Counted from the first letter of the stretch, positions 39,539 through 49,246 are shown. The stretch is DNA of 64,000 bases from Chloroflexia bacterium (GCA_038228295.1 JBBRPH010000002.1:39293-103292), one strand, 5' to 3'. Notes: generated by a model from the sequence alone, not told the origin. Program-made: numbers and translations.

Positions 39539-41374
39539 TTATGCCGGTTGTGCCGGGGGTAGATTGCCGGTCGCGCCCAGCAGGCGCTCCATTTCGTCAA
39601 GCATCCCGCTGAACACATCGAGTGCCTGACGCACGGGTTCCGGCGAGGTCATATCCACTCCGGCATCGCGCAACAGGTCAATCGAGTAGGTGCTGCTGCC
39701 GCGCCCCAGGAAGCGCAAGTAGCGATCCACCGCCGGCTTGCCTTCGCGGATAATACTCTGGGCTAGCGCATTGGCCGCCGAGATGCCGGTAGCGTACTTG
39801 TAGACGTAGAAGCTGCTATAGAAATGCGGGATGCGAGCCCACTCGATAGCAATGGTTTCATCCGATATCACGCCGCTGCCGTAGTAGAGTTTGTTCAGAT
39901 CATAGTACAGTTCCGAAAGCCGATCGGCGGTTAGTGCTTCGCCGGCTTCCGCCGTTTCGTGCGCCAGCTTTTCGAACTCGGCGAACATCGTTTGGCGATA
40001 GAGCGTGGCGCGGAAGCCGTCGAGTTCGTTGTTGACTACCGCCAAGCGCAACTTGGGATCGCCTTCCTGCTGCAACAGGTGGTGGGTGAGCAGTGCCTCG
40101 TTGAGCGTGGAGGCCACCTCGGCCACGAAAATGGTGTAGTTGCCGTAGACAAAAGGCTGACCCCGGCGTGTGAAGTAGGAGTGCATGGCATGGCCCAGTT
40201 CGTGGGCCAGCGTAAACACATCGTTCAGCGTGTCCTGGTAGTTGAGCAAGATATACGGCGGAGTCGTGTACGATCCCCAGCTATACGCGCCGGAGCGTTT
40301 GTTGGGCGTTTCGTACACATCCACCCAGCGGCTGCTCATCAGGCCGGTTGTCGCGGCCTCACCGTAGGTTGTGCCCAGCGGGCGGAGCGCATCCAGCACC
40401 GTCTGCCGCGCCGCCGCGTAGGGGATCTGGGCAGCGCTCTCACCGATCAGCGGCACATGGAGGTCATACATATGTAATTGTTCCAGCCCCAACACGCGGC
40501 GGCGCAGATCTAGATAGCGGTGCAGCAGCGGCAGGCCGTTATGCACGGTGTCGATCAGGTTGGTGTAGACGGCGGAGGGGATGTTATCGCCGTAGAGCGC
40601 GGCTTCGAGGGCCGAGCCGTATTTGCGCGTGCGCGCTTGGAAGACGTTAGCCTTGACATTGGCTGCATATAGCGCGGCGCAGGTGTTGCGGTGAGCCTGA
40701 TAGGTCGCGTGCATTTTGAGGAACGCTTCGGCACGCAGCGGGCGATGTTGCGACTGCATGAACCGTCCGTAGCGGCCGTGCGTCAACGTAACTTCGGCCC
40801 CGCTTTCATCGGTCACGGTGCCGTAGGTCATGTCGGCGTTGTTCAACATGGAGAACACTGTGCCGGGCGCGTCGGCGATCTCGCTCATGCCGGCCAGAAG
40901 ATTTTCTTCCGCCGCCGATAGTACATGAGGCTTTTCCCGCAGCAGGTCGGCAAAAACATGGGCGTAGCCCTGGAGGTCCGGCTCCTCGCGCATATAGCGT
41001 TCCAGGGTGCCGTCGGGCAGCGCCAGCAGCTCCGGGCGCACAAACGAGCCGGCCGCGCCGACGCGGCTCATTAACTGCTGGGCGCGGTCAGCCGGCGCTT
41101 GATAGGCTGCATCGGTGGTGTCTTCATCGCGCTTCAGCATGGCGTAGACGGCTAATTGGTAGGTCAGTTCATGGATGCGGTCTTGTAGGCGGGTTGCCGC
41201 TAGCAGAGTCGCCGCGTCGGCCCCCAGGCGACCCTGGTAGCCGGTCAGTTCATCCAGCAGCGGCGTGATACGCGCGAAATCGGTTTCCCAGTGCGCGTTA
41301 TCGGCATACACCGGCGTGAGATCCCAGGTCAGTTCGACGGGCACCTCAGCGCGTGTCGGTAGCGTTGCGGTCAT
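39539..41374 (-). CDS. pepF: Oligoendopeptidase F (M3B family)
   Basis: 'HELGHAMHS' zinc motif and typical PepF N-terminus 'RAEVPVELTWDLTPVYADNAHWETDF'. ATG 41374 follows GAGAGGAGACAAGGAG (the tracked ORF extends 50 codons upstream). Confidence 0.9.
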   Translation of the reverse strand: MTATLPTRAEVPVELTWDLTPVYADNAHWETDFARITPLLDELTGYQGRLGADAATLLAATRLQDRIHELTYQLAVYAMLKRDEDTTDAAYQAPADRAQQLMSRVGAAGSFVRPELLALPDGTLERYMREEPDLQGYAHVFADLLREKPHVLSAAEENLLAGMSEIADAPGTVFSMLNNADMTYGTVTDESGAEVTLTHGRYGRFMQSQHRPLRAEAFLKMHATYQAHRNTCAALYAANVKANVFQARTRKYGSALEAALYGDNIPSAVYTNLIDTVHNGLPLLHRYLDLRRRVLGLEQLHMYDLHVPLIGESAAQIPYAAARQTVLDALRPLGTTYGEAATTGLMSSRWVDVYETPNKRSGAYSWGSYTTPPYILLNYQDTLNDVFTLAHELGHAMHSYFTRRGQPFVYGNYTIFVAEVASTLNEALLTHHLLQQEGDPKLRLAVVNNELDGFRATLYRQTMFAEFEKLAHETAEAGEALTADRLSELYYDLNKLYYGSGVISDETIAIEWARIPHFYSSFYVYKYATGISAANALAQSIIREGKPAVDRYLRFLGRGSSTYSIDLLRDAGVDMTSPEPVRQALDVFSGMLDEMERLLGATGNLPPAQPA

Positions 41375-41439
41375 AACTCCTTGTCTCCTCTCGCAGCCCA
41401 CCGAATCGCAGGTTGGGCCGCTGCTAATCCTTTGCGTCT

Positions 41440-41453
41440 GCTCTATTATACTC
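41440..41453 (-). promoter_or_regulatory. -10 core GAGTATAATAGAGC upstream of pepF
   Basis: Minus strand reads TATAAT at 41450-41445, followed by AGAGC, ~70 nt upstream of the pepF ATG. Confidence 0.35.
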
Positions 41454-41547
41454 GATTCCCGGTTTTCAGCGATCTTCCGGTCCCTTTTAGGGCAAAAGAA
41501 GGTGGGACTTGGGGCAGTGGGCATACTTTCTGCTGGGGAGGGCGGTG

Positions 41548-42627
41548 ATGAAGTACGAAACCGAAATTTGGGCTGTGGACCCGCAATATCCCGACTTGGC
41601 CTTGCTGGCGCGAGCGGCCGTCCGGTTGTGTGCCGGCGAACTGGTAGCCTTTCCCACTGAGACCGTCTACGGTTTGGGGGCTAATGCTTTGGATGCGGGG
41701 GCGGTGGCGCGTATCTTCGCCGCCAAAGAGCGGCCCGCCGCCGATCCGCTGATTGTGCATATCGCCGACATGAGCGGTCTGGCCGAGGTCGCTGCCGACT
41801 GGCCGGCGTTAGTCGCGCCGCTGGCGGCGGCGTTTTGGCCGGGGCCGCTGACGCTGGTGCTGCCGCGTGGCCCCGCTGTGCCCCTCGCGGTGACGGCGGG
41901 CGGTGATACGGTGGCCGTGCGTATGCCGGCACACCCGATTGCGCACGGCCTGATCCGGGCGGCAGGCGTGCCGGTGGCCGCCCCCAGCGCCAACCGCTTC
42001 ACCCGCCCCAGCCCGACCCGCGCCGCCGATGTCGCCGCCGACCTCGCCGGTCGCCTGCCGCTCATCCTCGATGGTGGCCCCACTCTACACGGTGTGGAAT
42101 CGACTGTGCTGGACCTCACCAGCGATCTGCCGCGCCTGCTGCGGCCTGGTGCGATCCCTCTGGAGCAATTGCGCCGCCTGCTGCCCGACTTGGCGGCTGC
42201 GTCAGCGCCCGGCGCAATCAATGCCGCCGTTCTCCGCTCGCCGGGTACGATGCTCAAGCATTACGCGCCGCAGGCCGAACTCTGGCTGTTCGACGGCCCC
42301 GATCCGGCGCGTGTGCTGGCAGCTCTGGCCGCCGCCGTGACACAGGTGCGCGCCGCCGGGGGGCGGGCCGGTCTCTTGCTCACCCGCGAGGCCGCCGGTG
42401 CGCTCGGCCCGGCCCTACCTGGGCCGGACCTCGTGTGGGCCGATCTCGGCGCCGCTGCCGATCTTCCCGACCAAGCCCACCGCCTCTTCGCCGCCCTGCG
42501 TGACCTTGATAGCGCCGGCGTGACACACATCTTCGCGCAGGCTCCCGCCGCGCATGGCCTCGCCCTGACGCTGCGCGACCGCCTGATCCGCGCTGCGTCG
42601 GGGCGCGTGCGCTACGTTGAGGTTTGA
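41548..42627 (+). CDS. tsaC: L-threonylcarbamoyladenylate synthase (YrdC + Sua5 domains)
   Basis: 'VAFPTETVYGLGANALD..AVARIFAAKERPAADPLIVHI', 'SANRFTRPSPT', and a C-terminal Sua5 domain. ATG 41548. Confidence 0.9.
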   Translation: MKYETEIWAVDPQYPDLALLARAAVRLCAGELVAFPTETVYGLGANALDAGAVARIFAAKERPAADPLIVHIADMSGLAEVAADWPALVAPLAAAFWPGPLTLVLPRGPAVPLAVTAGGDTVAVRMPAHPIAHGLIRAAGVPVAAPSANRFTRPSPTRAADVAADLAGRLPLILDGGPTLHGVESTVLDLTSDLPRLLRPGAIPLEQLRRLLPDLAAASAPGAINAAVLRSPGTMLKHYAPQAELWLFDGPDPARVLAALAAAVTQVRAAGGRAGLLLTREAAGALGPALPGPDLVWADLGAAADLPDQAHRLFAALRDLDSAGVTHIFAQAPAAHGLALTLRDRLIRAASGRVRYVEV

Positions 42628-42663
42628 GTTTGGCGTTCGGCGTTTGGGTTTGTCCGCGTTGAA
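42622..42663. repeat. T-rich 7-nt periodic tract containing the tsaC TGA stop
   Basis: GTTTGAG TTTGGCG TTCGGCG TTTGGGT TTGTCCG CGTTGAA. Degenerate, but phase-locked T runs recur every 7 nt. Confidence 0.5.
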
Positions 42664-43018
42664 TTGTGGATCTGTAACCTGAGCGGGCTAATTCGTTAGC
42701 TTCGTGATTCTGGGCGACCTTTGGGGAGGAAACGAAACCCGTCTGCGCGTTTTTGCGACCGGCAAGTAGCGGTTGCCGGAGATGTACCCTCCGCACCGGC
42801 CCCGTCCCCTCGGCGGACCCGGTGCGGAAGTTGCATCTTTCCCAACGCCACCCTGCTACGAAAAGTAGCGGCCTCTAGCCGGACATTCCCACGATCCACA
42901 AAAATAAATCTCAGCACCCTACACGTTGCGCGTTTGTGGCACGCGCAATGCTGCACACTCGGCAAACCCCGGCTCGTCCGCCGGACCTACCCCACCACCG
43001 GTTAGAGGAGATCCACTC

Positions 43019-45211
43019 ATGCCGACTGCGACTCAGCAACTCGTTCTGAAAGAAGATGATGTGTTTATCGTCACCGACCAGTACGGCAATATTCCCGCCG
43101 GTAGCCCGCTGGGGCTGTACTATCGGGATACGCGCTATCTCAGCCTGTTCAATCTGTGCCTCAACGGGCGCGAGCTGGAATTGCTCAAAGCCACCAACGT
43201 CGAGAGCTTTCTGGTCAACCTGCAATTCGCCAACGAGTTAATCGTGCTGGAGGACGGGAGCCGGGTGCTGCCTCAGACCATTGGTATTCGGCGTAATCGG
43301 CTGGTCTTGGGCGGGCTGCACGAGCAGATTCTCCTGACGAACTTTAACCGGGAACCGGTACCGGTGTGCTTGCAACTGGAAATCGGGGCCGACTTTCGCG
43401 ATATGTTCGATGTACGCGGCTTCCCGCGCGCCCGCTGGGGGGAGGTCCACCCGCCGACCCTTGACGGAACGACACTCCATTTGCGCTACAGCGGCCTAGA
43501 TGGGCTGGACCGGCACGCCACGGCGGTGTTTAGCTTGCCGCCTGACGGCACCGAGTGGCCGGATGCCGATCCAGCGCCGGCTGCACCGGACGGTGGTGTG
43601 ATGATCCCCTCGGTGGATATGGCCGCCCCGCGCCCCATCATCTCCAGCCACCCGATCCGGCTTACCTGGAACCTGACCTTGCCGCCCGACGCGGCGGTAG
43701 AAATCCAGTTCACTGTCGCTCCCGAAGACAAAGGCGTGCCCTTTGCCGCCCTATCGTTCGACCAGACCGCGACCCGCTTGCGCCAGGCGCATATTGATTG
43801 GCAGCAGGGCAGCACCGCTATTCACACCGCTAACGAGCAGTATACGCGCCTGTTGCGCCAGGGCGCCGCCGACCTGCGCATCTTGTCGCAGGCGGTAGAC
43901 GACGGCTACTTTCCCACCGCCGGTATCCCCTGGTATGCTGTACCCTTCGGCCGCGACAGCCTGATTACTGCCTTGCAGACGCTTATCCTGAATCCGGCGC
44001 TGGCGCGCGGCACGCTGGCGGTGTTGGCCGCCCACCAGGGGCGTGTGGTAGACCTCTGGCGTGAAGAGCAGCCCGGCAAGATTCTGCACGAAATCCGCTT
44101 CGGCGAGATGGCGCGTCTCAAAATGGTGCCCCACACCCCCTATTACGGCAGCGTGGATGCCACGCCGCTGTTTATCATGTTGTTTGTTGAAACGATGCGT
44201 TGGACCGCCGATGAAAGCGTATATACCAAGTTTTTGCCCCATGCCCTGGCGGCGCTCGATTGGATCGATCAGTACGGCGATGTGGACGGCGACGGCTTTG
44301 TGGAGTACCTGGCCCGCGACGCGCCCAACGGCATCCGCAATCAGGTCTGGAAAGACAGCGGCGACTCGACGCAGTTCCCCGACGGTACCCTGGCCGAAAC
44401 GCCGCTGGCCGCCTGCGAAGTGCAGGGCTATGTCTACGCCGCTAAAGTGGGCTTGGGCGCGCTGTTGGCGGCCCACGGCGATATGGATCGCGCTGCTCGC
44501 CTAGCCGCCGAGGCCGCCCTGCTCAAAGCGCGTTTCAACACGGCGTTCTGGCTGGAAGAGGTCGGCTTTTACGCGCAAGGGCTGGACGCGGGCAAGCGCC
44601 CCATCCCGACGATCACCAGCAACCCCGGCCATTGCCTGTGGACCGGCATCGCTGATCCTGACAAAGCCGCCCTGGTTGCCCAGCGTATGACCGCGCCCGA
44701 TATGGCCTCCGGCTGGGGCGTGCGCACGATCAGCCGCGACAGCCCCTCTTACAACCCGATGAGCTATCACAACGGCTCGATCTGGCCGCATGATAACGCG
44801 ATCCTGATCGCGGGACTGCGCCGCTATGGCTTGCGCGATGCGGCGGTAGCTGTAGCGACCCAACTCTATGAAGCGGGCTTGCAGTTCCCCTTCTATCGCC
44901 TGCCCGAACTCTACTGCGGTTTCGCTCGTGAGCAGGGCAGCGGGGTTGGTCCCGCCGAGTACCCGGTCTCGTGCAGTCCGCAAGCTTGGGCCGCCGGTGC
45001 GCCCTTTCTGCTCACGCAGAGTCTACTGGGCCTCGAACCGACTGCTGGGGGCGGAATCCACACCGACCCGTGGCTGCCCGCCTGGTTGTCCGACGTGACG
45101 ATCGGCAACCTAGCCGTCGGCGTGCGCCGTTACCGCTTGCATATTGCCGTGCGCGCCGGTGCACCGGTGGTGGATTGTACGGAGGAAGCTGCACATACCA
45201 ATGCCGAATGA
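43019..45211 (+). CDS. Amylo-alpha-1,6-glucosidase / glycogen-debranching-enzyme family protein (GDE N-terminal + (alpha/alpha)6 C-terminal domain)
   Basis: 'LKEDDVFIVTDQYGNI...GLYYRDTRYLS' and 'PWYAVPFGRDSLITA', 'KILHEIRFGEMA', 'GFVEY..........NQVWKDS', 'SYHNGSIWPHDN' motifs. ATG 43019 follows AGAGGAG. Confidence 0.85.
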   Translation: MPTATQQLVLKEDDVFIVTDQYGNIPAGSPLGLYYRDTRYLSLFNLCLNGRELELLKATNVESFLVNLQFANELIVLEDGSRVLPQTIGIRRNRLVLGGLHEQILLTNFNREPVPVCLQLEIGADFRDMFDVRGFPRARWGEVHPPTLDGTTLHLRYSGLDGLDRHATAVFSLPPDGTEWPDADPAPAAPDGGVMIPSVDMAAPRPIISSHPIRLTWNLTLPPDAAVEIQFTVAPEDKGVPFAALSFDQTATRLRQAHIDWQQGSTAIHTANEQYTRLLRQGAADLRILSQAVDDGYFPTAGIPWYAVPFGRDSLITALQTLILNPALARGTLAVLAAHQGRVVDLWREEQPGKILHEIRFGEMARLKMVPHTPYYGSVDATPLFIMLFVETMRWTADESVYTKFLPHALAALDWIDQYGDVDGDGFVEYLARDAPNGIRNQVWKDSGDSTQFPDGTLAETPLAACEVQGYVYAAKVGLGALLAAHGDMDRAARLAAEAALLKARFNTAFWLEEVGFYAQGLDAGKRPIPTITSNPGHCLWTGIADPDKAALVAQRMTAPDMASGWGVRTISRDSPSYNPMSYHNGSIWPHDNAILIAGLRRYGLRDAAVAVATQLYEAGLQFPFYRLPELYCGFAREQGSGVGPAEYPVSCSPQAWAAGAPFLLTQSLLGLEPTAGGGIHTDPWLPAWLSDVTIGNLAVGVRRYRLHIAVRAGAPVVDCTEEAAHTNAE

Positions 45212-45250
45212 TCACAATTATCTGTGGGTACGGTTTATGCTTAAAAAGAC

Positions 45251-45275
45251 GCAACCGGTTTCTGAAACCGGCTGC
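45251..45275 (-). terminator. Intrinsic-terminator-like hairpin oriented for the minus strand
   Basis: GCAACCGGTTT / AAACCGGCTGC (10 of 11 bp, loop CTG). AAAAA (45243-45247) on the plus strand gives GUCUUUUUAA after the hairpin on the minus strand. No minus-strand gene lies upstream of it. Confidence 0.4.
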
Positions 45276-45456
45276 CCGGCCAGTGGGCTTGCCGGGTGTG
45301 CTATCAGGGCAGAGACGCCAGGATCAATGAGTGGGAGAAGCAGTAGCAAATAGATGCGCGCCGGCGCTGTCTTCTACCGGGGATAGCGCAAATTGCCGGC
45401 AGGTCTGCCGCTTGTTGGGCTGGGTCGTCTAAAACAACTTTCAAGGAGGAAAGAGT

Positions 45457-47166
45457 ATGAAGGCTAAAAGTTTGATGGGTTTGGCCGGCTCTGTGCTGGT
45501 CGGCTCAATGTTACTCAGCGCGTGCGGGGATACAGCGGCTACCACGGTGCCACAGGCAGGCGCGACGGCGGGTGCAGCGATGGGCACGGCCGGGGCAGGC
45601 GCAAGTACCGCTGTCACCGGCGCGGGTAGCGCCGCCGGCACGGCCGCAGCGGGCGCGGGCACCGCCGTCAGCGGCGCCGCCGGCACGGTCGGCGCGGGCG
45701 CGGGCACGGCGGCGGCGGGCGCAGGCACGGCTGTCAGCGGCGCAGCAGGCACGGTCGGCGCGGGCGCAGGCGATGTCATGGCGACCACCACCGCTGCCCA
45801 GGGCATGAACCAGGGCAATGCGATGGCGACCGGCACCGCGATGGCCGGCAACATGGCGATGGCAACGATGACCGCCGGTAGCATGATGACCGGCACCATG
45901 ATGCCTGGCGGCACCGCTACACCGAGCAGCATGATGGGCGGCATGGCTGCGTTCGATCCCGCTATGGTCAAAAAGGCCGATGTTGAGGCGGGTGCGACAA
46001 TCCGCATCTCCGGTGGTGGCAGCACCGCCGAGCAAGAGCAGTTTAAGCAACAACTGGCGCGCTTCGCCCAGGTCTATCCGGATATCAAAGTCAACTATGA
46101 GCCGAACCCGGAAGGCTACAACGATAAGTTGAAAGCGCAATTCACCAGCAACACCCAACCCGACGTTTTCAACTTTGAGCCGGGTCTGACCGACGTTTTG
46201 ATTGGTTCCAATAAAGTGCTGGATCTCGCCCCCTACATGACTGCTGCCGGCCATGCACCTAGCGACTATTTTCCGGGCCTGATCGCGATCTACCAACGTG
46301 GCGCTAAGGTCTACGGCTTGCCGCGTGACTTTAACTCACTAATGGTCTTCTACAATACCGATATGCTTGCTAAAACCGGGGCCACTGCGCCTAAAGACGG
46401 TTGGACGCAGGATGATTTCACGGCCTTCGCCAAAGCGATGACTAGCGGCACCGATAAGGCGACCAAAATCTACGGTACTGATACCGAAGCCGACTACGCC
46501 CGTTGGATGCCGTTCGCCCTTGCTAATGGGGCTAAACTGATGGACAACGGCAAATGCGCCATCAATAGCCCCATTGCCGTAGACGCGCTCAACTACTGGT
46601 ACGGCCTATGGAAAGCAGGCACCGCCTCGCAGAAATCTGATGTCGGTGCTGGTTGGGCCGGCGAAGCATTCGCTAAGCAACGTTCCGCGAGCGCCGTCGA
46701 AGGTGGTTGGCTGGTGCCCTTCCTATCCGATCCGAAGGGTGGATTCCAGAACGTGAAATACGATGTGGCTCCCCTGCCGGTTGGTAAGAACGGCGGCAAG
46801 GCTAACTTCCTATTCACCAACGCCTGGGGCGGTTCGGCCTCCAGCAAGTTCCCGAAGGCTACCGCCGCACTGATCATGTTCCTAGCCGGCCGCGAAAACG
46901 AGCAGCAAGTGTTGCAGTCCGGTTTCGCTCTGCCCTCGCTCAAGGGTTTCGATAACGATGCCTTCTTCCAGGGAACCGGCATCGTCAACAAGGTTGCAAA
47001 AGTCAACTACGCCTCCGGTGCCTATGGCATTGCCGACTACTATGGGCCTTCAACTAGCGCGATCCAAAAGGCACTCTCGAAGGCGTTGGAGCAGACCTTC
47101 GCCGGTACCGATGCCAAGACTGCCCTTGATGGCGCGTGCAAAGCTATTGATGCTGAAGCGCCGTAG
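45457..47166 (+). CDS. Sugar ABC transporter substrate-binding lipoprotein (family 1) with long low-complexity Ala/Gly/Thr/Met-rich linker
   Basis: Lipobox 'MLLSACGD'. ~150-aa linker, then a typical SBP_bac_1 domain ('IRISGGGSTAEQEQFKQQLARF..YPDIKVNYEP'). Strong RBS AAGGAGGAAAG. Confidence 0.85.
   Translation: MKAKSLMGLAGSVLVGSMLLSACGDTAATTVPQAGATAGAAMGTAGAGASTAVTGAGSAAGTAAAGAGTAVSGAAGTVGAGAGTAAAGAGTAVSGAAGTVGAGAGDVMATTTAAQGMNQGNAMATGTAMAGNMAMATMTAGSMMTGTMMPGGTATPSSMMGGMAAFDPAMVKKADVEAGATIRISGGGSTAEQEQFKQQLARFAQVYPDIKVNYEPNPEGYNDKLKAQFTSNTQPDVFNFEPGLTDVLIGSNKVLDLAPYMTAAGHAPSDYFPGLIAIYQRGAKVYGLPRDFNSLMVFYNTDMLAKTGATAPKDGWTQDDFTAFAKAMTSGTDKATKIYGTDTEADYARWMPFALANGAKLMDNGKCAINSPIAVDALNYWYGLWKAGTASQKSDVGAGWAGEAFAKQRSASAVEGGWLVPFLSDPKGGFQNVKYDVAPLPVGKNGGKANFLFTNAWGGSASSKFPKATAALIMFLAGRENEQQVLQSGFALPSLKGFDNDAFFQGTGIVNKVAKVNYASGAYGIADYYGPSTSAIQKALSKALEQTFAGTDAKTALDGACKAIDAEAP
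45637..45768. repeat. 66-nt tandem duplication inside the SBP linker
   Basis: Units 45637-45702 and 45703-45768 both encode 'GTAAAGAGTAVSGAAGTVGAGA' with synonymous differences. Confidence 0.85.
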
Positions 47167-47172
47167 TATCTA

Positions 47173-47200
47173 GTAGGGGCACGGCGCGCCGTGCCCCTAC
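47173..47200. terminator. Perfect 28-nt palindrome (14-bp stem) just after the SBP gene: probable intra-operon attenuator/stabiliser
   Basis: GTAGGGGCACGGCG|CGCCGTGCCCCTAC, 7 nt after the TAG stop. A further 11-bp hairpin lies at 47287-47318. Confidence 0.5.
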
Positions 47201-47364
47201 CCCAATCCGGCGAGGAGTCATCATGGCAATATGATTCCGTCGCCGGAATCTCCGCACACGGTTCGCCGTGTCCAGACACACAACCCCTGTAGCCACCTGA
47301 TCCGTCGGGTGGCTACAGAACCCGGCGGCTCTCTCCGCAGAACCGCCGACTCCCGGAGGCGCAC

Positions 47365-48297
47365 ATGGCTAGTGAAGCCGCTCCCCTGTCCAAACCGTCC
47401 GGTATGAGCCGCCAACGGACCGAAGCCCTTACCGGCTACCTCTTTGTCCTGCCTTTTCTGCTCGTCGCCGGGGTGTTTGTCTTCGGCGCAATGCTCTACA
47501 CACTGTATATCAGCTTCACCGATCTCCAGTTGTTTAACACCCCCTCCTTTGTCGGTTTCAGACAGTATGATCGGGTGCTGCACAACGATCTGTTCTGGAC
47601 AGCCGTACGCAACACCGTCACCTACTCGGTCGTTGTGGTCTTTTTCCAGACTTGGTTGGCCTTGCTGCTGGCGGTGGTCCTCAACGGCAAGATTCGCGGG
47701 CGGCAGTTTTTCCGCGTCGCTTGGTATGCGCCTAGCGTCACCTCCTCGGTCGTGATTTCGCTGGTCTTTATCTGGATTTTCCAGTCTACCGGCGTGTTGA
47801 ACTATCTGCTGTCGAGCCTGTTCGGCTGGGCCGGCTTCCAACCGGTCGGCTGGCTCACCGATGCCAAAGCGCACACGGCCTTGCCGGCGCTGATGCTGCT
47901 CAATATTTCGACTACCGCGCCGACCTTTATGCTGTTTTTCTTGGCTGCCCTGCAAGACATCCCGCAGGAGATTTACGAAGCGGCCAGTCTCGACGGTGCA
48001 GTAGGCGCACAGCAATTTTGGAAGATCACCGTACCGATGTTGCGCCCCATCTTCCTGCTGGTGATCGTACTGGGTACCATCGGCACGCTGCAAGTCTTTG
48101 ATCAGGTCTACATCATGACCGCCGGCGGCCCGCTCGATCAGACAACGACGATCAACTATCTGGTCTATGATGCCGCCTTCACGCAGTCCAAGATGGGCTA
48201 CGCATCTGCAATGGCCGTGGTCCTATTCGTGATTATCTTCGTGTTGTTCCTGGTTCAGCGCCGCCTCATCGGTGGCGAAGATCAAAACGCCCGCTAA
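47365..48297 (+). CDS. Carbohydrate ABC transporter permease (MalF-like)
   Basis: Six TM segments and the EAA-loop region 'EIYEAASLDGAVGAQQFWKITVPMLRP'. Confidence 0.9.
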   Translation: MASEAAPLSKPSGMSRQRTEALTGYLFVLPFLLVAGVFVFGAMLYTLYISFTDLQLFNTPSFVGFRQYDRVLHNDLFWTAVRNTVTYSVVVVFFQTWLALLLAVVLNGKIRGRQFFRVAWYAPSVTSSVVISLVFIWIFQSTGVLNYLLSSLFGWAGFQPVGWLTDAKAHTALPALMLLNISTTAPTFMLFFLAALQDIPQEIYEAASLDGAVGAQQFWKITVPMLRPIFLLVIVLGTIGTLQVFDQVYIMTAGGPLDQTTTINYLVYDAAFTQSKMGYASAMAVVLFVIIFVLFLVQRRLIGGEDQNAR

Positions 48298-48314
48298 CGG
48301 AACGGAGACGAGAG

Positions 48315-49226
48315 ATGGCAACTCGCGCAAGCATCCAAACCGGCACAGTCACCGCACCGCGCGCCGGAGCTGAAACTCCCGGCCCAGGTTTTTACATTCG
48401 CCAGATCGTGCGCTATCTCCTAATGGCCGTCGTAACGGTGCTGCTGCTCGGCCCCTTCATCCTGGCCTTTTTCGGCTCGTTCAAAACGACCGCCGAAGTG
48501 CTGGCCTGGCCGCCGACACTGTTGCCGACAGAGATCCGGTTAGCAAACTACAACGATGTATGGAACGTGCTGAAAGATCCCAGCGGCAATTCCTACCTGC
48601 CCCGCTGGATCTTTAACAGCGCCCTCCTGTCGGCCACCGTCGTCCTGACCCAACTCTTTTTCTGCTCGTTGGCCGCCTATGCTTTCGCCCGGCTGCGCTT
48701 CCCCGGCCGCGAGGCCATCCTGGCAGCGGCGCTGGCAACTCTCATGGTGCCCGGCATGGTCATCCTAATCCCCAAGTATCAGATCCTGAACGCCATGCAC
48801 CTGCTCAATAACTACGGCGGCATCATCTTGCCGGGGTTGGTCGGCGCGTCGGGCATCTTCCTGCTCACCCAGTTTTTCCGCAGCATCCCGCGCGACCTTG
48901 AGGAAGCTGCCTATATTGACGGCGCGGGTATTTTCACCACCTATTGGCGCATCGTCCTGCCCCTGGCCCGCCCGGCGCTGGCAACCCTGGCTGTGTTGAC
49001 CTTCCAGGGCGTGTGGAACGATTTTCTCACGCCGCTGGTGGTGATGAACACCACTGATATGTACACGCTTACGGTGGGCCTCAGCTTCCTGAAAGGGCAG
49101 TACGGCACGTTCTACAATTTAGTGCTGGCCGGCTCGATGTTCAACACCATCCCGATGCTAATCCTGTTCACAATCTTCTCACGCTTTTATGTGCAGGGTT
49201 CAACCTACTCCGGCGTGAAAGGCTAA
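48315..49226 (+). CDS. Carbohydrate ABC transporter permease (MalG-like)
   Basis: EAA loop 'DLEEAAYIDGAGIFTTYWRIVLPLARPAL'. Confidence 0.9.
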   Translation: MATRASIQTGTVTAPRAGAETPGPGFYIRQIVRYLLMAVVTVLLLGPFILAFFGSFKTTAEVLAWPPTLLPTEIRLANYNDVWNVLKDPSGNSYLPRWIFNSALLSATVVLTQLFFCSLAAYAFARLRFPGREAILAAALATLMVPGMVILIPKYQILNAMHLLNNYGGIILPGLVGASGIFLLTQFFRSIPRDLEEAAYIDGAGIFTTYWRIVLPLARPALATLAVLTFQGVWNDFLTPLVVMNTTDMYTLTVGLSFLKGQYGTFYNLVLAGSMFNTIPMLILFTIFSRFYVQGSTYSGVKG

Positions 49227-49246
49227 GGGCATCGCCCACGTCGCTT

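Noticed and set aside
42664-42900. 9-nt inverted repeat TTGTGGATC / GATCCACAA that could close a ~230-nt structured RNA.
   Set aside because: A single 9-mer inverted match within a 390-nt region is reasonably likely by chance, and I found no supporting nested long-range pairing.
42961-43000. 'GGCAAACC...CCGGACCUA' resembling the c-di-GMP-I (GEMM) riboswitch core upstream of the debranching-enzyme gene.
   Set aside because: Only one hairpin is present. The second stem and the conserved 'GACGCAAAGCC' segment of GEMM-I are absent, so the similarity is probably fortuitous.
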